Source: Deltaproteobacteria bacterium
GTDB lineage: Bacteria; Myxococcota_A; UBA9160; SMWR01
Length of the DNA: 64,000 nucleotides
Assembly (NCBI GenBank): GCA_019310425.1
Contig: JAFDEI010000006.1
Location: forward strand, 1,034 to 65,033
Reading direction: 5' to 3'
The notes below the pieces were generated by a model, which saw nothing but the letters and a program-made list of their open reading frames with translations, was not told the origin of the DNA and made no database searches. Shown one piece after another: positions 35,166 to 45,100 of the stretch (positions are counted from its first letter, which is position 1; every line of letters starts with the position of its first letter). The position numbers and the translations under genes were made by a program.

Positions 35166-35983
35166 GACTGCGGAACCAGTGCGCGATTGGCTTCGATCTC
35201 GAGGTCCTGCAGGGAGTCCTTCATCGAGACCAGATTTCCCTCGAGTTCCCGGCGTCTGCGGTCGCGTGTGATATTTCGCGACCCGAGGTAGCCCTCGAGT
35301 CGGTCGATCGACGATCGCAGGCTTCGGAAGCGTTCGCGCCACTGGTCCGCAGCTGCTCCACCGCGAACCGCATCATTCGGCATCAGTGTGATGACCCCGG
35401 CTGCCGCGTCGACCGAATAGTGGAAGTTGTTGAAGAAACTCCCGCCGAGCAGCCCGACCTTCATGGTCGGATTCACCGTGGCGCTGAGGTTCTCGACGCG
35501 TGCGGGGCCGAGCTGAACCGAATCGACATCGATCAGCGGTACCCGAACGAGGCCGTTGGCGGTGTTCACCGTGACCCGGGGTGTCCCCGCGTGAATCGGA
35601 ATCCCGAGGTCCGCAACGATCTGGGCGGGTAGCGACACTCCGCTGGCTCCGGTATCGATGAGAAACGGGACACGGGTGCGGTCGTTTACCGTCGCTTGAA
35701 CCCACATCAGCGAACCGCGGCGTTCGAACGGAATCTGAATCACGCTGCTCGAGCCGAAAGAGGATCTGGATCGAGGCTCGACGCTGGTGGAATCGTAGAT
35801 CTGGATCCGATTGTTGGCGTTGGCCGGCGTCGCGGCGGACTCGCGATGTTGCGACGGTACCTGGCTCAAGTCCTGCGTGAAGTGGACCGTGCCGCCTTCA
35901 TCCGTCCAGCGGTAGATCTCTGCGACCGCTGCAGAAGCGATCAGCAGCGACGAGGCGATGCATGCGATTGCGCGCTCGAACAT
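35156..35983 (-). CDS. DUF4124 + retropepsin-like (clan AA) aspartic protease domain protein
   Basis: ATG 35983. N-terminal IYRWTDEGGTVHFTQ (DUF4124). The FLIDTGASGVSLP active-site motif is present, followed by a C-terminal coiled-coil-like tail. Confidence 0.65.
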   Translation of the reverse strand: MFERAIACIASSLLIASAAVAEIYRWTDEGGTVHFTQDLSQVPSQHRESAATPANANNRIQIYDSTSVEPRSRSSFGSSSVIQIPFERRGSLMWVQATVNDRTRVPFLIDTGASGVSLPAQIVADLGIPIHAGTPRVTVNTANGLVRVPLIDVDSVQLGPARVENLSATVNPTMKVGLLGGSFFNNFHYSVDAAAGVITLMPNDAVRGGAAADQWRERFRSLRSSIDRLEGYLGSRNITRDRRRRELEGNLVSMKDSLQDLEIEANRALVPQSWR

Positions 35984-36123
35984 CTTCGGACTCCCCCGAC
36001 CTTTCTTGAATCGGCGGAATCGCTGGTTTGCTTGATCGCTGCGAGCTCGAGTTGCACGAGAGTTGCCGCACGCTTGCGCAGCACCTGCCGTTGGTCCGGC
36101 AGGTGCTGCGCAAGTCCGGTAGA

Positions 36124-37449
36124 TCAGGTGTAGGCGCTCTCGCTGTGCTCTGCCTGGTCGAGGCCCATCGACTCGGCTTCTTCGTCGACGCGCAGGTCGC
36201 CCATCACCGCTCGCAGCACCATCAGGATCACAATCGTCATCACGCAGGCGAAGACCGCGGTGAAGCCGACACTGGTGAGCTGCTTCAGGATCTGATCGCC
36301 GCGGCTCAGGCCCTCGGGCATCGCGAAGTCGGCGATGAAGAGGCCGGTTGCGATGGCGCCCCAGGCGCCGCCGACGCCGTGGACGCCGAAGACGTCGAGC
36401 GAGTCGTCGTAGCCCAGCATGGGCTTCATGATCGTGACGGCCCCATAGCAGATCACCGCGGCTCCGAAGCCGATGAGGAGGGCACCGCCCGGTGCGACGA
36501 ACGCGCAGGCCGGGGTGATTGCAACCAGGCCTGCAACTGCGCCGGTTGCGGCACCGAGTACGGTGGCCTTGCCTCGGTGGCCCCACTCGATCAGCACCCA
36601 GAACAGCGTGGCCGTGGCGGCAGCGGTGTTGGTTGTGAGGAAGGCGAGGCCTGCGGTGCCGTCGGCCGCGAGTTGGCTGCCGGCGTTGAAGCCGAACCAG
36701 CCGACCCAGAGCAGCGCCGCGCCGATCACGGTCAGCGGGACGCTATGCGGCGGCATCGGCTGGACGCCGAAACCCTTGCGCTTGCCGAGGAAGATCGCCG
36801 CGACCAGCGCGGAGAATCCGCTCGACATGTGGACCACCAGGCCGCCCGCGAAGTCGAGTGCGCCGAGGTCGGCGCCGATCCAGCCGCCGCCCCATACCAT
36901 GTGGGCGAGCGGGACGTAGACGAGGAAGAGCCAGATCGTGATGAAGACCATGTAGGGCCCGAAGCGCATCCGCTCCGCGAACGCGCCGAGCATCAGCGCG
37001 GGTGTGATGATCGCGAACATCCCCTGGAACATCACGAAGACATAGGTCGGGATCGTGCCGGAAACGGAATCAGGTGTGATGCCCGATAGCAGCAGCATGC
37101 TGGTGTCACCGATGAACTGGTTGCCTTCTCCGAATGCCAGGCTGTAGCCGGCGACGATCCACAGGACTCCCATCAGACCCGCGGAAATCAGGCACTGCAT
37201 CAGGATCGAGAGCACGTTCTTGGAGCGGACCAATCCACCGTAGAAGAGCGCCAGGCCGGGAAGGGTCATCATCAACACGAGTGCTGAGCAGGTCAATATC
37301 CAGGCCGTGTCACCGGTGTCGATGGTTTCGACCTCCTCGATGACGACCTCTGCGACCACTTCTGCGTCCTGGCCGAATGCGGCCTGCGACAGCAGCAGCA
37401 TGGCAACGAAGGCCAACGCTCCCAGCGAGTTGCGAATTCCGATGTTCAT
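36124..37449 (-). CDS. amt: ammonium transporter (Amt family)
   Basis: Amt blocks (LVLMMTLPGLALFYGGLVR, GAIAERMRF-like AFAERMRF, DFAGGLVVHMSSG, VFGVHGVGGAWG). Signal peptide present. ATG 37449 lies 6-7 nt after AGGGGA; alternative ATG 37455. Confidence 0.9.
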   Translation of the reverse strand: MNIGIRNSLGALAFVAMLLLSQAAFGQDAEVVAEVVIEEVETIDTGDTAWILTCSALVLMMTLPGLALFYGGLVRSKNVLSILMQCLISAGLMGVLWIVAGYSLAFGEGNQFIGDTSMLLLSGITPDSVSGTIPTYVFVMFQGMFAIITPALMLGAFAERMRFGPYMVFITIWLFLVYVPLAHMVWGGGWIGADLGALDFAGGLVVHMSSGFSALVAAIFLGKRKGFGVQPMPPHSVPLTVIGAALLWVGWFGFNAGSQLAADGTAGLAFLTTNTAAATATLFWVLIEWGHRGKATVLGAATGAVAGLVAITPACAFVAPGGALLIGFGAAVICYGAVTIMKPMLGYDDSLDVFGVHGVGGAWGAIATGLFIADFAMPEGLSRGDQILKQLTSVGFTAVFACVMTIVILMVLRAVMGDLRVDEEAESMGLDQAEHSESAYT

Positions 37450-37516
37450 TTGCATTTCCCCTATCGTCGGCAGACATCCGTCCAAGTGAGTGTGGAGGCT
37501 CGGCTGGTAGTGGAAA

Positions 37517-37531
37517 GCAAACTGTGTGCCA
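37517..37531 (-). promoter_or_regulatory. sigma-54 (-24/-12) promoter for amt
   Basis: The minus strand reads TGGCAC-ACAGT-TTGC, an exact match to TGGCAC-N5-TTGC. It lies about 70 nt upstream of the amt start. Confidence 0.65.
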
Positions 37532-37599
37532 GCTTCGACCCAGTTCGGCAGGCGCGGAGGCAGCGTATTCGGGTGATTCGGGCTTCCAGCGTGATCTGG

Positions 37600-37618
37600 C
37601 TGCCCGTCATATGGGCAG
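37600..37618. promoter_or_regulatory. perfect inverted repeat, candidate enhancer-binding-protein (NtrC-like) site
   Basis: CTGCCC-GTCATAT-GGGCAG, about 70-100 nt upstream of the sigma-54 promoter. Confidence 0.3.
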
Positions 37619-37648
37619 TGGCTGAACAAGAATTAGGCAGGCCGCCCG

Positions 37649-37780
37649 TCAGTCCAGCGTGATCACTCGAATGGTGTCGGTGCTGCCCGTAGTCCGATCG
37701 ATCCCGGTCGTGACGACGACCACGTCGCCGCCTTGCAGGCAGCCGAGTTCGCGGCCGCGCTGAACCGCGAATTCGATCAT
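37649..37780 (-). CDS. detached pyruvate kinase C-terminal fragment (43 codons) in the +1-shifted frame
   Basis: My translation gives MIEFAVQRGRELGCLQGGDVVVVTTGIDRTTGSTDTIRVITLD. This matches the conserved PK C-terminal GD.VV.T.G....G.TN..RV motif. Its ATG overlaps the pyk TGA (ATGA at 37777-37780). Confidence 0.6.
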   Translation of the reverse strand: MIEFAVQRGRELGCLQGGDVVVVTTGIDRTTGSTDTIRVITLD

Positions 37781-39042
37781 GGCACGCCCCAATTCAGCGA
37801 CAGCTGGCTCACGACTTCCGGCCAGTTGGTGACTGCGAGAATCGGGCAGGGTGGTCGGTATTTCGAGATCGACCGGGTGGTGAATCCGCTCTCGGTCAGA
37901 GTGATCATTGCCGCAGCTTCGAGGTGGGTTGCCATCGTCATGGCGGCCTGGCTGATCGCTTCCGTCATCAGATTCGACGGTTCTGGCAGGATGTGTTGCA
38001 GAACTCCGTATTCCGGTAGCGACGACTCCGCCTCGAGTGCGAGCATCGCCATCGTCCGGACCGCCTCCACCGGGTAGGCACCGCCCGCCGTTTCTCCGGA
38101 GAGCATTACTGCCGAGGTTCCGTCGAGAATCGCGTTCGCGACGTCACTGACTTCGGCGCGTGTCGGTGTCGGATTCCGTTGCATCGAGTCGAGCATCTGC
38201 GTGGCTGTGATCACCGGCTTGCCGTTCATTACGGTCGCCAGGATGATCTTCTTCTGAGCCATGGGAACCTGCTGGAGCGGGATCTCTACGCCGAGATCGC
38301 CGCGTGCGACCATCGTCCCGTCGGCGACCGTGATGATCTCATCCAGGTTCTCGACCCCTTCCTTGTTCTCGATCTTCGCGATGATTGGAATCCGCGCATC
38401 GCGATCCTGCAGGAAGTGCCGGATGTCGAGGACGTCGGCAGCATTGCGGACGAACGAGGCGGCGATGTAGGTCACGTCGTGCTCGATCGCGAAGAGCAGG
38501 TCATCGCGGTTTTCGGGGGTCAGGGACTGGAGACTCAGGGATGTGCCCGGGACGTTCACCCCCTTTCGATCGCCGAGGCGCCCGCCGCGTGCAACCCGGC
38601 AGCGGATCACGTCGCCCGCGATTTCTCGCACCCGCAGCTCGATGACGCCGTCGTCGAGAAGAATGGCCACGCCTTCGGAAACTTCCTCGAATAATTCGCG
38701 GTGGGAGACCGACACGCCGGAGGCGTCGCCGAAACGGTCGTCGCTGAACAGGTTGAACGGCTCGCCGGTGATGAGGTCCGCGATGCCCCCAGTGAGTCGC
38801 CCTGTGCGAACCTCGACGCCCCGGGTGTCGAGCATGATGCCGATATTCGCGGAAGATTCGTCGGCGGCCTGCCGGATCATCTCGAGGCGCTTATGGTGTT
38901 CGGCGTGGGTGCCGTGTGAGAAATTCAAGCGGGCGACGTTCATCCCCGCCCGGATCATCGCCTTCAGTGTGTCGAGCGAATCGCATGCGGGCCCGATCGT
39001 TGCAACTACTTTGGTCTTTCTGAGGATTCGTCTGCCCGTCAT
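37777..39042 (-). CDS. pyk: pyruvate kinase, ends prematurely (lacks the last ~45 residues in frame)
   Basis: TKVVATIGPA, MNVARLNFSHG, MVARGDLGVEIP and the C-terminal-domain region up to LSLNWGVP, then a TGA. ATG 39042 overlaps the stop of the CDF gene (ATGA). Confidence 0.8.
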   Translation of the reverse strand: MTGRRILRKTKVVATIGPACDSLDTLKAMIRAGMNVARLNFSHGTHAEHHKRLEMIRQAADESSANIGIMLDTRGVEVRTGRLTGGIADLITGEPFNLFSDDRFGDASGVSVSHRELFEEVSEGVAILLDDGVIELRVREIAGDVIRCRVARGGRLGDRKGVNVPGTSLSLQSLTPENRDDLLFAIEHDVTYIAASFVRNAADVLDIRHFLQDRDARIPIIAKIENKEGVENLDEIITVADGTMVARGDLGVEIPLQQVPMAQKKIILATVMNGKPVITATQMLDSMQRNPTPTRAEVSDVANAILDGTSAVMLSGETAGGAYPVEAVRTMAMLALEAESSLPEYGVLQHILPEPSNLMTEAISQAAMTMATHLEAAAMITLTESGFTTRSISKYRPPCPILAVTNWPEVVSQLSLNWGVP

Positions 39043-39950
39043 CGAGTGGCCAGTGCGGAAGCATCCGCGCACACCGAGCCAGGCTCTTCGAAATCACTCG
39101 CCTCGACCTGGATGGTGGTGTGGTCGATGCCCAGATGGTCGTGCAAGTGATCGCAGATCAGCTGGAGCAACGGGCCGTGCGCCTGATCATCGGCCGCGAC
39201 CACGTGACCCGATAGTGCGACGAGTCCGCTCGTGATGGTCCAGATGTGGAGGTCGTGTACCGCTTCGACGCCTGGCAGACTCGCAATCTCGCGGTGGATC
39301 GCGGGCACGTCGATGTGGGCGGGCGCAGCTTCCATGAGAATGTCGAGAGCCTCGCGCAGAAGTGCCCACGAAGAGTGGATCACGAGCAGGCCGATCGTGA
39401 TCGATGCTGCGGTGTCGGCCCAACTCCAGCCCCAGGCCCAGATCGCGAATCCGGCAGCCATCGCGCCGAGGCTGCCGAGCGCATCGCTCAACACGTGCAA
39501 CCAGGCACCGCGCACGTTCAGGTTCTCGTGCTTGCCGTGGCTCAGGATCGCCAGCCCAATCAGATTGACGACCAGGCCGCCAGTGGCCACCACCAGCATC
39601 GGGCCGGCCATGATTTCGCGTACCTGGCCGATCCGCTCCCAGGCCTCCCAGAAGATCGCCAATGAAACACAGACCAGCAGTATGCCGTGGCCGAGCGCAG
39701 CGAGGATCTCGCTGCGGTAGTAGCCGTAGGTCCGGCTCGCGGTGGGTGGGCGCTGCGCGATACGAATTGCGACCGCGCTCATCGCCAGCGCAAAGACGTC
39801 GGAGAGCATGTGGCCGGCGTCGGCGAGAAGCGCGAGCGAACCCGTCCACAAGCCGCCGATGACTTCGGCAACCATGTAGCTCGCGGCCAGTGCGAGCGCG
39901 AGCATCAGCCGGCGTTGATTGGCTGCTCCGTCTCCGCGGTGGTCGTGCAT
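39039..39950 (-). CDS. cation diffusion facilitator family metal exporter (CzcD/ZitB-like)
   Basis: Six TM helices with SLALLADAGHMLSD and AWLHVLSDALGS metal-site motifs, plus a C-terminal cytoplasmic domain. Confidence 0.85.
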   Translation of the reverse strand: MHDHRGDGAANQRRLMLALALAASYMVAEVIGGLWTGSLALLADAGHMLSDVFALAMSAVAIRIAQRPPTASRTYGYYRSEILAALGHGILLVCVSLAIFWEAWERIGQVREIMAGPMLVVATGGLVVNLIGLAILSHGKHENLNVRGAWLHVLSDALGSLGAMAAGFAIWAWGWSWADTAASITIGLLVIHSSWALLREALDILMEAAPAHIDVPAIHREIASLPGVEAVHDLHIWTITSGLVALSGHVVAADDQAHGPLLQLICDHLHDHLGIDHTTIQVEASDFEEPGSVCADASALATR

Positions 39951-40017
39951 CGTGGTTGGATTCTAACGCGTGACCGGGTGTCGCGAGCGGTAGAGTGATG
40001 TGAAGACCGCGAGGCGG

Positions 40018-40512
40018 TCAGGGAGCCTTCACGAGGAAGGTCAGGATCTTCTCGAATTCGAGCCCACGGCCCGAGAACGCGACCTCGTAGGCGTAGACAC
40101 CCGGCTCGGCAGCTTCCGGGATCTCGACGAACGCATCCACCACCCAACGCCCGGGCAGGATCTCATAGCCTTCTTCGGTCGAGTGGACGATGGGTGCGCC
40201 CTTGAATCGGATCCGAGTGGAGAGCAGGCCCGATACGACTTCGGTCGGTCCGGGAGGGCACATCACATAGACCATCCGGTGGTTGAATTCGCCGCCGGCT
40301 TTGATTCTCGGCGGCACGAGTTCGTTCTTCTCGACGATGAAGAAGGGGCGTTTCTGGGTCTCGCAGTCGTACTCTTCCCACACCAGGTCGGGCAGCGACC
40401 TGTTGACCGTTCCCTCTTTGCGAATTGCCTTCTGGAAGGTCCAGCGCACGCTGGCACAGCCGCTGAAGAGACCGGCGATCAGCAGTAACGCGACTATCTT
40501 CGAATGACCCAC
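40018..40512 (-). CDS. lipoprotein, unknown function
   Basis: Lipobox LFSGC. 164 aa. The start overlaps the end of the upstream kinase gene by 19 nt. Confidence 0.55.
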   Translation of the reverse strand: MGHSKIVALLLIAGLFSGCASVRWTFQKAIRKEGTVNRSLPDLVWEEYDCETQKRPFFIVEKNELVPPRIKAGGEFNHRMVYVMCPPGPTEVVSGLLSTRIRFKGAPIVHSTEEGYEILPGRWVVDAFVEIPEAAEPGVYAYEVAFSGRGLEFEKILTFLVKAP

Positions 40513-42017
40513 CCTTGCTCCTTCGGCGCCTCATCGGCTGGTTCTTGATGTGTCTTCCAGCCGCTGGACTGCGGCTTGCTCCGTGTCGACGCCTTCTTCG
40601 ATCTCGTCGTCGGTTTCGATTCGGTCTTCGCCGCCGCCTGCTTCGACGCAGGCGGATCGGAATTCGTCGCCGCTTTTGCTTCATCGTTGCCGATGGGCGG
40701 AGCGGCGGGTCGTTTCGCCTGCCGCTCCGCCTCGGAGACGACGATCTCGGCCAGAGCCGCGGCTGCGGTTGCGTTGCCGGATCGATCGCTGCCCTGGAGC
40801 GTGGCCGCCGGAGCCGGGAGCGGCGGATGCGGTTCGATCGGCGCCACCGCGGGGTGTTCGAAGTCCGCCCCGAGAATTGGATTCGTCGCGGTCTCGATCA
40901 CATCGCGGCGGTGAGCGAACAGCACATTTGCGGCGATGGCGAGCAGCAGGATTGCGGCAGCGATCGAGGTGGTTTGCCAGCTGAACCGGGGCGCGCCGCG
41001 GCCAGGCTCGGCAGGGCTGCGCTGAGTGTCGCCTACGCTCTTCGATGCCGATGTTCGCGCGGGGATGGGTCGGTCGGTCGTTCTGGCTTCCGATGCAGGG
41101 CCGGATCCGGTCATCACGTGCGTGGCTTCGACCATTGCCGCGGGAGTGTCGAGATCGAGTCGCGGCCGCTCGCCGGTGATCGACGTGGTTCGCTCGAGAG
41201 TGATTCCTTCGGCACCGGCTTCGAGTGCTGCGCGAAATTCGTCGGTCGAGGCGAAGCGTGCGGCTGGTGTTTTCTCCAGTGCGCGCAGCACGGCGTCGGA
41301 GATCGCCTCGGGAATGCTCGGTTCGAGTGTGCGCGGCGATGGCGGACACTTTGCGATCTGGTCCTGCATCAGCTCGAAATCGGTCTTGCGCTTGAACGGG
41401 ACACAGCCGGTGAGCATGTCGAACAGCAGAATGCCGAGTGAGTAGATGTCGGATCGTGCGTCGCTGTCCTTGCCGCGAACCTGTTCGGGCGACATGTACT
41501 GGAGGGTTCCGACCATGTGGCCATGCCGCGTGAGCCGGTCGGAACCGAGTGCGCGGGCGATGCCGAAGTCCATCACCTTCACGACTTCCTGCTGGTTCAG
41601 CATCATGTTCGAGCCCTTGATGTCGCGGTGGATGATCCCGCGTGCGTGGGCGTAGCCGATTCCTTCGAGGGCCTGGAAGAAGAGGGGCAGGGCACAGGCC
41701 ACGGGCAGACGACCCAGACGGCGGATCATCTCCGCGAAGGTTTCCCCCTCGACATACTCGAGCACCATCCAAAACGCGTCGTTCTCGTGGATCAGGGTGT
41801 AGAGGGTCGCGATGTTGGGGTGGTTCAGCTGCGCGAGGGTTTGCGCCTCGGTGCGAAAGCGCTCCAAGAGTTTTGGCTGGGAGGCGAGATCCGCCCGCAG
41901 GGCCTTCATTGCGACCGGACGATGCAGGAGCAGGTCGGTGGCCTTGTAGACCTCGCCGACGCCCCCCTCGCCAATCTTCTCTAGAAACAGATAGTTTCCG
42001 ACGCTCTTGCCGATCAT
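40494..42017 (-). CDS. serine/threonine protein kinase with C-terminal TM segment and Lys/Ala/Ser-rich tail
   Basis: From ATG 42017: [11 protein letters not shown] glycine loop, [14 protein letters not shown] catalytic loop, DFG, SPEQ. A TM segment ([20 protein letters not shown]) follows. Confidence 0.85.
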   Translation of the reverse strand: MIGKSVGNYLFLEKIGEGGVGEVYKATDLLLHRPVAMKALRADLASQPKLLERFRTEAQTLAQLNHPNIATLYTLIHENDAFWMVLEYVEGETFAEMIRRLGRLPVACALPLFFQALEGIGYAHARGIIHRDIKGSNMMLNQQEVVKVMDFGIARALGSDRLTRHGHMVGTLQYMSPEQVRGKDSDARSDIYSLGILLFDMLTGCVPFKRKTDFELMQDQIAKCPPSPRTLEPSIPEAISDAVLRALEKTPAARFASTDEFRAALEAGAEGITLERTTSITGERPRLDLDTPAAMVEATHVMTGSGPASEARTTDRPIPARTSASKSVGDTQRSPAEPGRGAPRFSWQTTSIAAAILLLAIAANVLFAHRRDVIETATNPILGADFEHPAVAPIEPHPPLPAPAATLQGSDRSGNATAAAALAEIVVSEAERQAKRPAAPPIGNDEAKAATNSDPPASKQAAAKTESKPTTRSKKASTRSKPQSSGWKTHQEPADEAPKEQGWVIRR

Positions 42018-42148
42018 TCCGAGCCAGCCCCAGGCGATGCAAATCACACGTATGCGGCATGGATATCGGTCTGTCGCGACAGGGTCTTTACGCGGAGCTG
42101 TACGCTCAGCGCGGCGCGGGCGGTGCCTGGGTCTCCCCGTGGGGGGCG

Positions 42149-45100
42149 TCAGGCCATCAGGTCGCCCATTTTCGACAGGATTCGGACGGTTTCTTCGGGG
42201 AGCACCGGTGGTTCCCGACCGACCGCGTAGCAACCGAGGATGACCTCCGCGGTGCGCTCGATGATTTCAGCCATATCGGCCGCCCGGCGCAGACTCCGGC
42301 CGGCTACGAGCACACCGTGGTTCTGCATCAGCACCGCCCAGCCGTCCCCCATCGCCTCGACGACGGCAGTCGCGAGATCGGCGGTACCCGGCATCACGAA
42401 CGGGATCCGGCCGATGTTGACGAGGAAGGCAGCCTCGGTCGAAATCGGGAGAAAGGGCAAGCCCGTATTGGCGAGGATGGTCGCGTTCGGCGCGTGGCAG
42501 TGGATGATTGCCTGGGCTTCGGGCTTGGCCTCGAACACCGCGGTGTGCATCGGAGCCTCGCTCGAAGGCGAACGGGCGGCTGGATCGAGTGCGCGGCCGT
42601 CCATGCCGATTCGGACCAGGATCTCCGGAGCCAGGTCGCCCTTGAAGAGTTGGCTCGGCGTGATCCAGGCCTCCCCCGGCGTTCCCGTGCGCACGCTGAC
42701 ATTGCCGCCGGTCGCGGTGATGAGTTGGGTTGCGTAGAGCTCGTTCACGATTTCGACGAGCTGGTGTCGTGCGTCACTCGCCGGAATTCCGCTCACTGGC
42801 GTTCCCGTGCGCACGCTGACGGTGGCGGAATCCGCGGGCGTGGCCCCGGTCGCGGGGCCCGATTCGTCCGGCCGGGGAATCGACGACAGATCTCCGGGTT
42901 CGCCGACCTCGGCAATCGCGGCGCGATAGACCCGCTCCATGTCGGCCTGAATTTCGGTGAGGGTCATGGCTTTCGCGGTATCGCCGCTGAACGAGATATC
43001 CCCCTCCATGGCGGCCTGCATCGGGTTGGTGCGGCCCGTGAACATCCCGTCGAACATGTCGGCACGCATCTTCAGCTGCACGTCGGCAAGGTCGTCGGGT
43101 GCCCCGATTCCGCCGATCAACCCGCCAGGCGCGAAACCGAAATGGATCTCCAGGTCGAGGTCGATGATGATGAAATGGAGTACGACTTCGCGGCCGGAGC
43201 CGGCCTCGCGCAGCGCTTCGTCGTTTACGAGGCCGTGCGCGAAGGCGGTCAGAACGCGCTCCATCGAGCTGCGCAGTTCGACGAGGTTGCTGTCGGGTAT
43301 CGGGGACGAGGGGCCGATGGCGCTCGGCGCGGCTGCCGGAGCGGCACTCGTCCTCGTGCTCGCATGGCCCTTCTTCTCGAGGTCGGTAACGGCCGGTGGC
43401 GGCCGCTGCAGCAGCCGCCTCTTCTGCTCAGCGGTTGGTGGCGTTCGCGGCTGCGTCCAGTCGAAGTCGGCCAGCACGTCCGGGTTCAGCAGGCACAGCG
43501 CGGGAACCCCCGCGCGCATGCGTTCGAGGTCGGCCGCGATGATGCGACCCTGGTGTGATGCAACCTCGGCGGTGTTGCCGCCGATGTGCGGGGTCGCGAT
43601 CACGTTGTCGAGAGCGAGCAGCGGGTCGTCGGAAGCGGGTGGTTCGACGGAGAAGACGTCCATTGCCGCACCAGCGAGATGGCCCGCCTCGAGCGCGTCG
43701 ACGAGCGCGTCCTGGTCGATGAGGGCAGCGCGTGCCGTGTTGACGAGACAGCTCCCCGCGCGCATTCGCGCGATCTCGGCAGCGCCGATCATTCCGGTCG
43801 TCTCGTCGCTCACCGCCGCGTGCAGCGAGACGAAGTCGCTCCTTTCGAGGACTTCCGCGAGTGAAGCGGGCTCGGCGCCGGCGAGTCGGATTCGGTCCGC
43901 ATCGACGTACGGATCGTGTACCAGGCAGTGCACTCCGAACGGACGCAGCCTTTCGATCACTTTGCGCCCAACGGCCCCCATGCCGACGAGCCCAATCGTC
44001 TTGCGCCAGAGCTCGCGGCCCTGAAGCTGCTTGAATGCACGACCCATTCGGCCCATGTCGCCGGCTTCGCCACCGGGCTCGCGCAGGAATGCGGCGGCCT
44101 CCGGCATCCTGCGGGCGAGCATCAGCAGATAGGTGAGCGTCAGATCCGCGACTGCGTCGGCATTGCGGCCCGGCGCGTTCAGCACCGGAATCCCGAGGTC
44201 GCTACAAGCCGCGATATCGACATTCACCGCATCGCCACGGCAAGTGGCGACGATGCGCAGATCGTCTGCTTCGGAAAGTGCGACGGCGTCGACGACGTCG
44301 ATCTCGGTTACGAAGACCTCGACCCCGGCGAGTGCCTCTGCGAGTGTGCGACCGGTGAGCAGGCGCATCGCCTTTTTGAAAGGAACATGCTCGACATCGC
44401 CGATTCGCTGCAATCCCGCGAGTCCAGCTTCGTCCATCTCCGCGGTGACGAGGATTCTGGGTCTGGCGTCATTCGAGGTTTCGGCCTGTCTGACAGGTTG
44501 GGGCTGGGACAGCAGCCCCTTGATCGCGAGCGCCGAAGCCGCGGCATCCGATTCGGCCCGTGCGAGGCGAAGTCCGTTCCAGTCGCCGTAGAGCTCGGAG
44601 TAGATCGTGGCAGCGGCGGTCGGTTCGCAGCTGCGGTCGCTGGTGGCGAGTGCGGCGGCCCCCGCGGCGAGGTCGGGGTAGACCCCGGCCGCGACACCGG
44701 CGCAGATCGCCGCGCCCAACGCGGTGGCTTCGGGAGTACCGCCGACGTCGACCGGGCGGTCGAGCACATCGCTGAGCGTCTGAGTGAAGAAGGCACTGCG
44801 TGCGAGGCCGCCGGCGACATGGATACGCGTCGCTGCGCAACCCGCCACGGCCTCGGCCTGTTCGATGTTTGCGCGCAGGCCGAACGCGATGCCCTCGACG
44901 ATCGAACGCGCGAGGTGCTGTCGGCGCTCGCGTGAATCGCCGGGGCCCATGGGGCTGAGTGTCAGGTTGCCGATCGGCAGGCCGAGCTTTCGCGCGTCCA
45001 TGACGTCTGCGCCGAGAGTCGACACCATTCCGGCTGCTCCGGGAAGCGAGCACTCGGCTTCCGCGAACAGGTGCCCGAGGGGCCAGGGCGTGTCGGGGAA

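Noticed and set aside
41642-43558. 638-aa plus-strand ORF across the kinase and fusion-gene region (similarly 30835..32043, 29967..31325, 51446..52633, 59498..60676)
   Set aside because: Arg/Gly/Pro-rich and antisense to genes with clear catalytic motifs.
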